From positions 1-8,165 of the forward strand of contig NW_021828535.1 of NCBI RefSeq assembly GCF_006345805.1: a stretch of DNA of 8,165 nt. Direction: 5' to 3'. Position numbers and translations under genes: made by a program. The notes below the pieces were generated by a model, which searched no databases, was not told the origin of the DNA, and saw only the letters and a list, made by a program, of their open reading frames with translations. This DNA comes from Octopus sinensis (taxonomy: Eukaryota). Numbering within the stretch: position 1 is the first letter of the stretch; each line of letters begins with the position of its first letter. Positions 7,556-8,165 of this stretch are shown here, piece by piece.

Positions 7556-8165
7556 TAATACATCCTATATATAAATATTTAACTATATATATATATATGT
7601 ATATATATATTATATCTGTTATATATATATATATATCTATATATATATGTATATATATGAATGTATGTGTATATGTATGAATGGGTGTAGTATGAACAAT
7701 GTATGTATGTGTATGTGTGCAGATATGTAAGCACATATGAATGCATGTATGCATGCATGTATGAACGTGTATATGTGTGGGTGTGTGTATGGAAGAATAC
7801 ATATACGTGTTAGTGCATGTATGTACGAATATATGTATTCATATATACACTCATATATGCATACATACATAAATACATACATACATGTGTAAAGTTGTAT
7901 TTATGTATGTATGCATGTATGTATATATATGTATGTATATATGTATGTATGTTTGTACGTATGTATTTATGAATGCATGCATGTATGTATGTATGTATGT
8001 AAATATATATGTATGTATGCATGTATGTACGTACGTATGTATGTTAGTATGTATGTATATATACAAACATATATACATACCTACAAACATACATACATAC
8101 ATACATATATACATATGTATGTATGTATGTATATATGCATATATGTATGTATGTATGTATATATG
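7163..8165. repeat. Compound microsatellite: degenerate (TA)n (~7163-7660) then (TATG)n/(CATA)n to the window end
   Basis: Direct reading; source of the Y/I/H/T-rich ORFs. Confidence 0.97.

Noticed and set aside
7270-8114. Y/I/H/T/M-rich ORFs
   Set aside because: Artefacts of (TA)n and (TATG)n repeats.

Overview
AT-rich, repeat-dense eukaryotic DNA with no intact protein-coding gene I can support. The SINE sequences and the long (TA)n/(TATG)n/(GA)n tracts look like octopus (cephalopod) DNA; this is recognition from memory, not a search result. The left half (~380-4195) is a heavily decayed + strand hAT-superfamily transposase fossil missed by the ORF track. It is interrupted by (i) a full-length tRNA-derived SINE (family A, 664-1098), (ii) a ~290-bp stretch with a hammerhead-like core and a 44-nt hairpin, and (iii) a five-unit head-to-tail multimer of a second SINE (family B, 2753-3895). 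The multimer has recurrent identical junctions, an orphan head and one outer target-site duplication, which suggests repeated insertion of the SINE into its own head. The right half holds a 27-bp minisatellite, a ~560-bp module bracketed by a perfect 36-bp direct repeat, a 5'-truncated family A SINE and ~1 kb of microsatellite. Almost all listed ORFs are repeat artefacts.
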